Positions 18,679 through 27,117 of a DNA stretch of 64,000 nt are shown in pieces. Under the pieces are notes generated by a model. The model was not told the origin of the DNA and made no database searches. It saw nothing but the letters and a program-made list of their open reading frames with translations. This DNA comes from a virus. The position numbers and the translations under genes were made by a program. How positions within the stretch are numbered: position 1 is the first letter of the stretch; each line of letters starts with the position of its first letter. The stretch lies in IMG/VR virus record IMGVR_UViG_3300045988_180980; one strand, 5' to 3'.

Positions 18679-19788
18679 ATGTTTGACGAGATTTGCTCTG
18701 TGTATAATGATGCGACCGACGCCTACGGGCGTTTCGCTGACCGCGAGACGGGCGAGTGCATCCAGCAGATGACCATCCGTGAGTTCTGCCTGACGGACAG
18801 GTGGAAGCCGTATGTGCAGCGCCTTCGTGCCATGCGTCAGGAGTTCGGCAGCAAGGCCAAGAAGATGCAGGAATACATCGATACCAAGAAGATGCTTCCC
18901 GGTGCCACGCTCAGCGGCCTGTTTGCCCTGTATGAGGATGACAGCCTCACCCATCCTGGGCAGCGCGTGATGGTGAGCCGCCGCGAGAGCCACCTGCTGC
19001 AGCACACGGGCTGGCTTGCCATCGACATCGACCTGGCCGACAACGCGCAGCTGAGCAACTTCGATAACATACGCATGGTGTGCCGCTTCCGTCCCGAGAT
19101 AGGACTTCTCATGCGGTCGTGCTCGGGCAGCGGATATTTCGGCCTGGTGCGCCTGGCTTACCCCGACCGCCACAAGGAGCAGTTCAAGGCTCTGCTGCAG
19201 GAATATGCTTATATGGGCATCAGTCTCGACAAGGCATGCAGCAACATCGGGCGAGTGCGCTTTGCCTCGTGGGATGATCCCGAGCATATATATATCAATG
19301 AGGACGTGGTGCCGTATAGGGGAGTGGCAGACATGGTGGTGATAGCGCCATTGCCGAAGATGGCCGCAGATAACCAAAAGCGACATGAGGAAGCCCTTCC
19401 GTCCGACCACCGATTAGGACAGATTGGTGGTTGGAGGAATGATACGCCCGACATTGTTCTGCGCAAAGCCCGTGCGCTTGTCAACAAGATAGAGCAGAGG
19501 GGTGTGAACATCTGCGGAGGTCATGGCGATTACAGCGTCTGGCTAAAATGCGGGATGTCACTTTTCTGCATTGACCCCGTTGAAGGCTACGACATGTGGA
19601 AGCGGGTGTCTCGCTTCCGCCCGCTGGATGTGAACCATGGGCATAGAGATTCGGACTTCGTGTCTCCCTGGCGTTCGTTTGGCAACTACAAGGGAAATAA
19701 TCCTGTCACCGAGAGTTCTTTTTTCATGCTCTGCAAAGAGAATGGTGTAACACTTTCGAGGGAAGATATGCGAGAAATTTATGACTAA
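18679..19788 (+). CDS. primase-like replication protein (BT4734/VirE-N-type domain)
   Basis: GATLSGLF...HTGWLAIDIDL...RSCSGSGYFGLVRL resembles the N-terminal primase-like domain common in Bacteroides mobile elements. A TAAATTTG -7 box lies at 18650. Confidence 0.5.
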   Translation: MFDEICSVYNDATDAYGRFADRETGECIQQMTIREFCLTDRWKPYVQRLRAMRQEFGSKAKKMQEYIDTKKMLPGATLSGLFALYEDDSLTHPGQRVMVSRRESHLLQHTGWLAIDIDLADNAQLSNFDNIRMVCRFRPEIGLLMRSCSGSGYFGLVRLAYPDRHKEQFKALLQEYAYMGISLDKACSNIGRVRFASWDDPEHIYINEDVVPYRGVADMVVIAPLPKMAADNQKRHEEALPSDHRLGQIGGWRNDTPDIVLRKARALVNKIEQRGVNICGGHGDYSVWLKCGMSLFCIDPVEGYDMWKRVSRFRPLDVNHGHRDSDFVSPWRSFGNYKGNNPVTESSFFMLCKENGVTLSREDMREIYD

Positions 19789-19815
19789 AACACCTCCTAT
19801 GCGTCCTTTACGGAT

Positions 19816-19859
19816 GTCTTACGGTGGTCTTACGGTGGTCTTATGATTGTCTTATGATT
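19816..19859 (+). repeat. 4 x 11-bp tandem array (GTCTTACGGTG x2, GTCTTATGATT x2)
   Basis: Contiguous copies at 19816, 19827, 19838 and 19849, with a degenerate copy just upstream. Confidence 0.85.
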
Positions 19860-19906
19860 CTCTACTGATTGCTCAAATGTTAAAATACAAACAAAAAACG
19901 ATATAT

Positions 19907-20800
19907 ATGAACAAAGTATTTTTTGCAAAAGAAGGTTTGACAGCCACATCTGCCAACCATGTTGCAAACATGGCTAAAGAGTATGCGCAGCGCATCTCGG
20001 CGCAGGCTGATACCTTGCGTCTTTACACCAAGAGCGCACGTCTGCTTGGTGATACACAGCCGTCGATTGTAGAAGCCCCTCTTGACACCCTTGATGCTAT
20101 TCCCGATGTTATACGTCGTGTAGCTCAGTGCAATGCTCTTATCGGTTGGCTGCGTGAGGCTATCAGCGAACGCGAGAAAGGTTTGAAGTCCGTGCAAGAC
20201 TGCAACTTCATGGTGTGGGCTGACGAGCACAATATTACTCTTCCTGAAAAGCCGGTTGCTCCTGACCTGGTTTCCGATATTGACAAGGTGGGCAATGAGA
20301 TTTTGAATGTAAAGGATCGCAACCGCTATATTGAGTTGAAAACCAAGATGGCGGTATATGGTAAGTATATTCATCCCGACGGACTGTTGCCTATGGCCTT
20401 GAAGAGAGTGTCACACCGTCTGGCTAATCCTACGGAGATAGAAGGAGAAGGCCGCGATATGGTCGTGTTCTCTTATAATGTTGAACCCGGTACCATCGAC
20501 CGACTGAACATGATCTTCTTTCAGCTTCAGGGCGAATATCGGGCATTGCAAGCTGAGTTTAATGGTATTGAGCATCGTTTCCGCGTGGAAGCCGAAAAGG
20601 AGTACAGCAAGCGATTGGCTGAATACAAGAAGAAGTATGCAGAACATCAAGAAAAGATAAACAATTTCGATACCGAAATGTCGAGATTACAGACGATGTT
20701 CGTTGAGTGGCAACAGGAAGAAATCAAAGAGATAACGTCTCTGCGCATTATCATCCCTAACGACCTCCAGGGAATATATGCGGAGGTCAACGGTTTGTAA
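19907..20800 (+). CDS. hypothetical protein
   Basis: In-frame ATG at 19907 (MNKVFFAKEGL...). No motif recognised. Confidence 0.5.
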   Translation: MNKVFFAKEGLTATSANHVANMAKEYAQRISAQADTLRLYTKSARLLGDTQPSIVEAPLDTLDAIPDVIRRVAQCNALIGWLREAISEREKGLKSVQDCNFMVWADEHNITLPEKPVAPDLVSDIDKVGNEILNVKDRNRYIELKTKMAVYGKYIHPDGLLPMALKRVSHRLANPTEIEGEGRDMVVFSYNVEPGTIDRLNMIFFQLQGEYRALQAEFNGIEHRFRVEAEKEYSKRLAEYKKKYAEHQEKINNFDTEMSRLQTMFVEWQQEEIKEITSLRIIIPNDLQGIYAEVNGL

Positions 20801-20905
20801 AACATAAAATATAATACGAGGTGGGTAAGGTCAGACTGAAGGTCTTGTATCGTGAAACTGACCCTCACACTGATAGCATACGGAGTTTTCTTTTTAGTGA
20901 ATCAT

Positions 20906-20993
20906 ACGTTTTTCCGAAACGTGTCTCACGAGGTCATAGGTTCGAATCCTATCTTTTCTTTTCGGAAGAAAAGTAGCTCAGCTGGTTAGAGCA
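20906..20993 (+). other. tRNA-derived halves in permuted order (3' half followed by 5' half); not a complete tRNA gene
   Basis: The 3'-half components are an anticodon-arm-like ACGTT-TTTCCGA-AACGT (20906..20922), a T-arm ATAGG-TTCGAAT-CCTAT (20936..20952) and CTTTTCT (20953..20959). The 5'-half components are the complementary AGAAAAG (20967..20973) and a canonical D-arm TA-GCTC-AGCTGGTTA-GAGC-A (20974..20993). Confidence 0.45.
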
Positions 20994-21036
20994 AGTATTG
21001 CGCAAAAATCACTCCGCAGTCAATTTCCCTATTCTG

Positions 21037-21087
21037 CTATCACTATCACCCGACTGCGGTGGCTATCACTATTGCCATCACTATCAC
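21037..21087 (+). repeat. three ATCACTAT(C/T) motifs upstream of the gmk-thyX-mazG operon
   Basis: CTATCACTATCAC at 21037, CTATCACTATTGC at 21063 and CATCACTATCAC at 21076. They are flanked by the inverted 8-mers CCGCAGTC (21014) and GACTGCGG (21052). Confidence 0.6.
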
Positions 21088-21133
21088 AGAAGTGCCGTAT
21101 GAAGAATGTGGCTCACCTCGTTTTCTATGCTCG

Positions 21134-21691
21134 ATGAAACTAATTACGATTACAGGCCCGAGTGGTGCTGGGAAGGACACGGTGGCGCAGATGTTGTCGG
21201 GGATGACCGGCTGGCCTGTGCTTTGTTCTTATACCACACGCCCCATGCGCGAGGATGAGCAGGAGGGCAGAGAGCATCACTTCGTGGAGAAGTGCGATGT
21301 GCCCAAGGAGAAGATGCTGGCATACACGCGATATGGCGGCTTTGAGTACTGGACTACGGTGGACCAGATAGGCGATATAGCCATCTATGTGATCGATGAA
21401 GTGGGATTGGTGGACTTGAAGGAGCATCATCCCGAGATAGATGTCTATTCCCTCTACATCGGGAGTTCTGCAGCGTCACGCCTGGCCAGGGGTGTGAAAC
21501 TCTCGCGGATCATCAGAGATGCCTCGCGCCCAATGTTGGAAAACAGACTCCGTTACGGTGGCTATATCCGCAACGGATATGAGAAGACGATGGACAAACT
21601 GCGCATGGAAGTGGCGATGTATGTATGCCGCCTGCCGTTCGTGCAGGACAAACTTTATCCGTCAGATGACGATCCCGGATTTTGCGATTGA
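21134..21691 (+). CDS. gmk: guanylate kinase-like nucleoside monophosphate kinase
   Basis: P-loop ITITGPSGAGKDT followed by YTTRPMREDEQEGREHHFV, the guanylate-kinase signature pattern. The ATG at 21134 was chosen as the start. Confidence 0.7.
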   Translation: MKLITITGPSGAGKDTVAQMLSGMTGWPVLCSYTTRPMREDEQEGREHHFVEKCDVPKEKMLAYTRYGGFEYWTTVDQIGDIAIYVIDEVGLVDLKEHHPEIDVYSLYIGSSAASRLARGVKLSRIIRDASRPMLENRLRYGGYIRNGYEKTMDKLRMEVAMYVCRLPFVQDKLYPSDDDPGFCD

Positions 21692-21714
21692 CATAAACAA
21701 AACAAAGAGAAAAT

Positions 21715-22611
21715 ATGAAATTCATATCACCGCATGTGGAATGGTGGCCACAGACCAATTATAAGAGCCACATAGCCCGGGTGGGCCGAATCTGCTATAA
21801 GAGTGCTGGGAAGCAGCCTCCTGCCAAGCTGACAGGGCAGGCGAGAGAAGATTTCCTCTACCAGCGCGACAGTGACATGTGCAGCGCCCTGTGGAACGCC
21901 GGACACAGGTCGATGTTCCGTCACGGCACGCTGTATTTCCATGTGCCGAGCAAAAAGGAGTTCCCCAGGACGCTGTGGTCTATAGTCAAGCATTCTCCCT
22001 ACGTGGGCTGTACCGTACAGCACGGCCACGTGTTCGTCAGCATCAACCTCCAGTTTGCAGGCGAACATGGTGACGTGCGCGACCTCCTCGCCCCCTTCCA
22101 GGTGACAGAGCAGGAGTTCATTAGCCAGGCCACAGGGTACGGTTGCCACCGTGCGCTCGAGCTGCTGCGCATGACCCTGGTGGTCACTACACAGCGCATA
22201 CAGGGCGAGTCGTACAACCGCAAATCGCCCAACTGCATAGCCGAGCAGAGCACACGCTACGTCAATCTGGACAAGAAGGGCGGTGTGCCGATATGCCGCC
22301 CGCACTGGGAGCGCAATGCCCGCTGGTACCAGCGCTGGGCGTCACACCTGGGCTACTGGGTGGCCGAGAAGGTGTATCAGTTCCTGCTGCACACAGGGCT
22401 GAAGCCCGAGGATGCACGCGGCAACCTCACGATGAACACCTACACGGTGTGTGCCTACACCTACACCCTGCGCGAGTGGCGGCACATCATGGACATGCGC
22501 CTGCGTGACCTGACGGGGCGTGCACACCCCGATGCACACATCGTGGCCGAGCAGATAAGCAGGATCATCAACGACCGCATGCGCCCGTATGTGGCCGATT
22601 ACGAGATTTAA
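21715..22611 (+). CDS. thyX: ThyX-like flavin-dependent thymidylate synthase (divergent)
   Basis: GHRSMFRHGTLYF, AEQSTRYVNL and WRHIMDMRL resemble the ThyX blocks. The canonical RHR is replaced by YNRKS. Confidence 0.55.
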   Translation: MKFISPHVEWWPQTNYKSHIARVGRICYKSAGKQPPAKLTGQAREDFLYQRDSDMCSALWNAGHRSMFRHGTLYFHVPSKKEFPRTLWSIVKHSPYVGCTVQHGHVFVSINLQFAGEHGDVRDLLAPFQVTEQEFISQATGYGCHRALELLRMTLVVTTQRIQGESYNRKSPNCIAEQSTRYVNLDKKGGVPICRPHWERNARWYQRWASHLGYWVAEKVYQFLLHTGLKPEDARGNLTMNTYTVCAYTYTLREWRHIMDMRLRDLTGRAHPDAHIVAEQISRIINDRMRPYVADYEI

Positions 22612-22625
22612 TGTATTTTTAGTTT

Positions 22626-23006
22626 ATGGAACTGAACGAATATCAGCAGCGGGCCATGCAGACGTGCCTGCCCGAGAGTGACAACCTGGTGTATATGCTT
22701 GCCAACCTGGTGGGCGAAGTGGGAGAGTTTGCCAGCAAGGCAGGCAAGCACATGCGCAAGGGCAAACTGTATGTCACCACCATGCCGCGCAACGAGCAGG
22801 GCAAGGTGCTGCACACACAGGTGTGGAGCGTGACCGAAGAGGAGCGTAAACTGATGCTCTCTGAGATAGGTGACATCCTGTGGCAGACAGCCGGACTGGC
22901 CAATGTGATGGGCGTGACGCTGGAGGAGGTGGCACAGGAGAACCTGGCCAAACTGGCATCGCGCCAGCGACGCAACGTGATAGCCGGAGACGGCGACGAG
23001 AGATAA
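22626..23006 (+). CDS. mazG: MazG-like nucleotide pyrophosphohydrolase
   Basis: LNEYQQRA...LVGEVGEF...EIGDILWQTAGLANVMGVTLEEV...NLAKLASR is the all-alpha NTP-PPase pattern. Confidence 0.8.
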   Translation: MELNEYQQRAMQTCLPESDNLVYMLANLVGEVGEFASKAGKHMRKGKLYVTTMPRNEQGKVLHTQVWSVTEEERKLMLSEIGDILWQTAGLANVMGVTLEEVAQENLAKLASRQRRNVIAGDGDER

Positions 23007-23031
23007 CGATAATGGGCATTATGTTTAGCAG

Positions 23032-23979
23032 ATGAAGAAGACATCAGCACAGAGGGAGGAGCAGTTACGGAATCTGCCCACCCCATACACGTTCAACATG
23101 CAGGATGTGCCTGCCGAAAAGTACACGGACATCCTGAAGTCCCTGTTTGCCGACCCCGACTTCAAGCAAATGGTAGAGAAGCGCAACCGCCTGGTGCGCT
23201 CGGCGGCACAGATGCGCCCCGACACCTCGCAGATGAACAATCTGGTGCGCACCATCCAGCAGCATGACCGGCGCCTGGCCGATACCCTGTATGGTGTGCT
23301 CGTGCAGGCCAACCTGCGGTCGGATGTCACCTATGACTTCCTGTCGTTCAACACTCTCCTGCGCTACTTCGTGGACTACTCCCAGGAGCGTGCCGACGAG
23401 AAGGTGGAGCGCCTGTTCAACGACCTGCACAAGTTGACCTTTCTGGCCGACATGCTGGAGTCGGTCACGCTGGACGTGAAGCAGGAGATGCAGGATGTGT
23501 TCGGTGACGGGATAGGGTTCCAGCAGTTTGACGGTGTGCAGCACGTGCTGAAGCAGCTGAAGGGCTTCTTCGGCAGTGTGCGCAACCACAAGGAGGACAC
23601 CGCAGAGGCACAACTCTACATGGAGTATGCCGACTCCATCAATGCCTACCTGGACAAGAGACTCAAGACATACAGCGACAAGCTGACCCGCAGCACCCCG
23701 CTCCCCAGGCCGTATGCGCAGAAGGACATCGAGGAGGCCGTAAGCCGGTTCTTCGGCATAGACAGGAAACTGGCAGGGCTGTATGTGAAGCGCAACGGCA
23801 GCGGCGGTCATCACGTGGATGTAATGAGGCTTGCCGGAGACCTCACGCCCCTGCAGTCGGAGAAGCTGGACAGGCTGGTGGATGCCTCACACATCAAGGT
23901 GGCATCGCACGATGCTATAGACAACTACTTCTTCCAAATAACTGACGCGCTCATGGCGCAGTATGACCGAAAAGCATAG
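23032..23979 (+). CDS. hypothetical protein
   Basis: 315-aa ATG ORF. No motif recognised. Confidence 0.5.
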   Translation: MKKTSAQREEQLRNLPTPYTFNMQDVPAEKYTDILKSLFADPDFKQMVEKRNRLVRSAAQMRPDTSQMNNLVRTIQQHDRRLADTLYGVLVQANLRSDVTYDFLSFNTLLRYFVDYSQERADEKVERLFNDLHKLTFLADMLESVTLDVKQEMQDVFGDGIGFQQFDGVQHVLKQLKGFFGSVRNHKEDTAEAQLYMEYADSINAYLDKRLKTYSDKLTRSTPLPRPYAQKDIEEAVSRFFGIDRKLAGLYVKRNGSGGHHVDVMRLAGDLTPLQSEKLDRLVDASHIKVASHDAIDNYFFQITDALMAQYDRKA

Positions 23980-23984
23980 AGACC

Positions 23985-24701
23985 ATGGCAAACATCTATC
24001 TGCGGCTACCCACTGTGGTATGCCATTTCCACCGCAACTATGACGAGCAACTGCGGCTCTCGCCACAGGAGCCCGTCAAGTTCTCGCAATTCACTGACCA
24101 TGCCGTCATTATGCGTGGCGGCCTGGCTCCCCATGGCGGCTTGAGCAAGAAGGCGGGGCTGTGCTACAGCCAGCAGCAATGGACCAACATCCTGAACGGA
24201 CGCACACCCGACGGCGGCAAGCAGGTGATAGACCGCGACCCGCAGAAGTGGCCCACCCAGTCCGAGGTGTGCGCAATGGAGGGCATCAGATACTCCCTGC
24301 ACACCGAGAGCTTCGATTTCCTGTGCATACAGATGCCCTACAGCATCCTGTCAGGCGAGAAGGAGGTGCGCACCACCAGCGTATTCTCGCTCACCTCGCA
24401 GGCCGCATACTATCTGCAGCAACTCCTGGTGAGGGACTTTCGCCGTGCGCTGGTCGATTGGGAGATAGCCACACAGGACTTCTGCATATCCCCCGAGAGG
24501 ATCATTGCACGCGGCCACATGGAGACCCTGGAGCGGTTCCTTATGCGCTACGAGATACCCATTCCCAAGGACAGCCGGGACAAGGAGATACTGCGCAGGC
24601 AGCTCGACCGCTGGCTGGCCGAGGCACGTGTGCTGGAAAAGGCGTACCGCTGCAGAGAGATAGAATACGAGGACTCCAGAGACCGCGTATTCAATTTGTA
24701 G
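23985..24701 (+). CDS. hypothetical protein
   Basis: 238-aa ATG ORF 5 nt after the previous stop. Confidence 0.5.
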   Translation: MANIYLRLPTVVCHFHRNYDEQLRLSPQEPVKFSQFTDHAVIMRGGLAPHGGLSKKAGLCYSQQQWTNILNGRTPDGGKQVIDRDPQKWPTQSEVCAMEGIRYSLHTESFDFLCIQMPYSILSGEKEVRTTSVFSLTSQAAYYLQQLLVRDFRRALVDWEIATQDFCISPERIIARGHMETLERFLMRYEIPIPKDSRDKEILRRQLDRWLAEARVLEKAYRCREIEYEDSRDRVFNL

Positions 24702-24799
24702 CGTGTATAAAATAGTTAATCCGTATGTTAACAAACGTTATACAACAGCAATAAAGAAAGAAAATCACATAATGTTCAACAAAACACACAAAACAAACC

Positions 24800-25276
24800 A
24801 TGAGTTGCAGCGAATTATTCCTTAACGATGTCGTGCGGGTGGATGCGTATTTCCATTCGCATCTCACTTTTGCGGTGCCGCCCACTGTGCCCGGCATAAC
24901 CAGCATGCCTCCCGTGGATGAGACATCCATCCACATCTCCTTTGCAGAAATCGGTGCAAACTACGAGTCCCTGCCAGGCGGAATTTCGGTCACAGAGAAG
25001 ACGCAGAACCAGGAGAACAGCGTCATATATACATATAATATAGAGATAAAGGCATACGCACGTGCAGGCAAACAGGTGAAGACAGAGCATGAGCCCGCCA
25101 CTGATTTGAGCTTCGTGCTGACTAAGGCCGATGGCACGAAGTGCATGATATATACCCTGCCAGGAAGCACTGGATTCTCTGTTGAGAGTGACGGCAAGAC
25201 CGTCCGTTTCGCCTTCACATGCTCTGCGTGCAACAGACCTATCCTGCTTGACGGAACAGAAGTAAAATTCGGCTGA
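24800..25276 (+). CDS. hypothetical protein
   Basis: 158-aa ATG ORF followed by a strong terminator at 25321. Confidence 0.45.
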   Translation: MSCSELFLNDVVRVDAYFHSHLTFAVPPTVPGITSMPPVDETSIHISFAEIGANYESLPGGISVTEKTQNQENSVIYTYNIEIKAYARAGKQVKTEHEPATDLSFVLTKADGTKCMIYTLPGSTGFSVESDGKTVRFAFTCSACNRPILLDGTEVKFG

Positions 25277-25320
25277 TAGCCGTCATAAAGTAAAGAAAAT
25301 ATACTTGCTTTGAATTATGT

Positions 25321-25351
25321 GGGCTGCATCCTCTGATGCAGCCTTTTTTTT
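25321..25351 (+). terminator. intrinsic terminator
   Basis: GGCTGCATC-ctct-GATGCAGCC followed by a T8 run. Confidence 0.8.
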
Positions 25352-25390
25352 GTATCTTTTTCTTGTCCAAACACTTTTTTCGGCAACCCA

Positions 25391-25398
25391 TACTTTTG
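25391..25398 (+). promoter_or_regulatory. -7 box TACTTTTG for the head operon
   Basis: Matches TAnnTTTG 29 nt upstream of the ATG at 25427, just after the terminator at 25321. Confidence 0.45.
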
Positions 25399-25426
25399 CG
25401 GCTGTAAATAAATATCAATCTAATAC

Positions 25427-27064
25427 ATGAAAGGCTTATTTGAGATACTTACCGGAAAGAAGTGGATGATCAGTCCCGACTTCGTGCATGGCACTCGTAA
25501 GTCGCTTGAGTCTGCTCTGAATACCCATGCGGTTTGGAGAAAGCCGGAGAAGACAAGCGGATATGTCACAGCCCAGGATGCCGACGGCAAGACTTACTAT
25601 CCCGAGGAATATCAAATCTCGGAGGATGGCAAGCAGGTGAGAGGCAACTGGACTTTGGATCTTCCCGACGACGACGAGCTGGCACAGAACTTCCCTTTCG
25701 TTTCGGTTCTTTCAGTTGACGGCCCTATCACTCGCAACGGTGGCTATTGTTCGTATGGTTCAATAGACCATCGCGACATGATGATGCGAGCAGCCGATCA
25801 TCCCCTTTGTCGTGGTCACGTTTTCATCATCAATACTCCTGGCGGCTCGGCATGGGCAAAGAACGATTATGCACTTGCCATTGACTATGCACACTCCAAG
25901 GGCCAGAAGGTAATAGCCTTGGTTGATGGTCTTTGCGCTTCGGCTGGTATGTACCTCGCTTCGCTTTGCGACGAACGCTATTACATGAATCCGAAAGACC
26001 AGATTGGTTGCATCGGTGTGATGGCAGCGTTCTACACTTTGGCCAATGGCGCAAAGGATCCATACACGGATGAAACTTATCACGAAGAGTATGACCCCGA
26101 GTCTTTTGACAAGAACAAGGCTTACCGTGATATTGCTAACGAGGACGACAATAAAGAACTGATAAAGGAACTTGCTGAACTTGGAGTTGAGTTCCGTGCC
26201 GATGTAAAAAAGGCTTGCCCTAATGCAAAGGACGAACACCTGAAAGGCAAAGTGTTCAATGCAGAGGACGTGAAGGGCATTTTGATGGACGATCAGTCAA
26301 CATTCATGGGAGTGGTGCAACACACCTTTGAACTATATGATGGCAGAGCTGAACTCATCAACCGTGAGCAGACGGTTGAGCCACAGAACGAGCCGGAGCC
26401 AAAGAAACCGGAAGCAACCAACTCAAACCCTAATATCAACATGGAAAACTACCCATTGATTTGCTCTGCTTGCGGATTGCAGGCTGGCGAGATTGCCGTT
26501 ACGGAAGAGGGCGCGTATATGAACGCCTCGCTTCTCGACTCTCTCGAAGCCCACATGAAGGAAGCCGAGCAGAAGGTGACTGATGCCGAGCAGAAAGCCA
26601 CCACAGCGGAGAACGCTCTCGCAGAATTGCAGGGCAAGTTCGATGAACTCTCTGCGCAAGTTAACGCAGCCAACGAAGCAAAGGAAGTCGCGGAGACCGC
26701 ACTTGCTCAGGCCAAGGAGGCTCACAGTAAAGAAATTGAAACTCTCAATGCTACACATGCCGATGCCATTGCCAAGAAGGACGACGAGTTGAAGGCTCTC
26801 ACCGAGGCAAAGACTGAGATCGAGGCAAACCTGCAGGGCGCAAAGGACGCACTCGCTACAGCCGAGCAGTCGCTTGCCGACAAGCAGGCTCAGATTGACG
26901 AGCTGACAAACGATGCCGGCACTGAGCAGAACGCTGGCAACGCTCCAGAGAACAATGGCGAGGGAGTGAAGACACCGCAGTTGCGCACCTTCGACCCCAG
27001 CAAGTACAAGACAAACGTTGAGCGCAAGGAAGCCTTCGAGCGTTTCAAGCGTGGCGAGGAGTAG
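25427..27064 (+). CDS. S49/ClpP-type prohead protease fused to a coiled-coil scaffold domain
   Basis: FIINTPGGSAW...VDGLCASAGMYLASLCDERYYMNP..IGCIGV is the SppA/S49 pattern. The C-terminal ~170 aa are an A/E/K/Q-rich coiled coil, and the gene sits directly upstream of the capsid gene. Confidence 0.75.
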   Translation: MKGLFEILTGKKWMISPDFVHGTRKSLESALNTHAVWRKPEKTSGYVTAQDADGKTYYPEEYQISEDGKQVRGNWTLDLPDDDELAQNFPFVSVLSVDGPITRNGGYCSYGSIDHRDMMMRAADHPLCRGHVFIINTPGGSAWAKNDYALAIDYAHSKGQKVIALVDGLCASAGMYLASLCDERYYMNPKDQIGCIGVMAAFYTLANGAKDPYTDETYHEEYDPESFDKNKAYRDIANEDDNKELIKELAELGVEFRADVKKACPNAKDEHLKGKVFNAEDVKGILMDDQSTFMGVVQHTFELYDGRAELINREQTVEPQNEPEPKKPEATNSNPNINMENYPLICSACGLQAGEIAVTEEGAYMNASLLDSLEAHMKEAEQKVTDAEQKATTAENALAELQGKFDELSAQVNAANEAKEVAETALAQAKEAHSKEIETLNATHADAIAKKDDELKALTEAKTEIEANLQGAKDALATAEQSLADKQAQIDELTNDAGTEQNAGNAPENNGEGVKTPQLRTFDPSKYKTNVERKEAFERFKRGEE

Positions 27065-27117
27065 TTCAATACACACACACAAACATTTAATCACAAAATC
27101 TAATACACAGAACAATT

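Noticed and set aside
20906-20993. A conventional tRNA gene
   Set aside because: The T-arm and D-arm are present but in the wrong order. No 5' acceptor or D-arm precedes the anticodon-like arm, and no anticodon or T-arm follows the D-arm. The region is therefore reported only as a tRNA-derived, permuted element.
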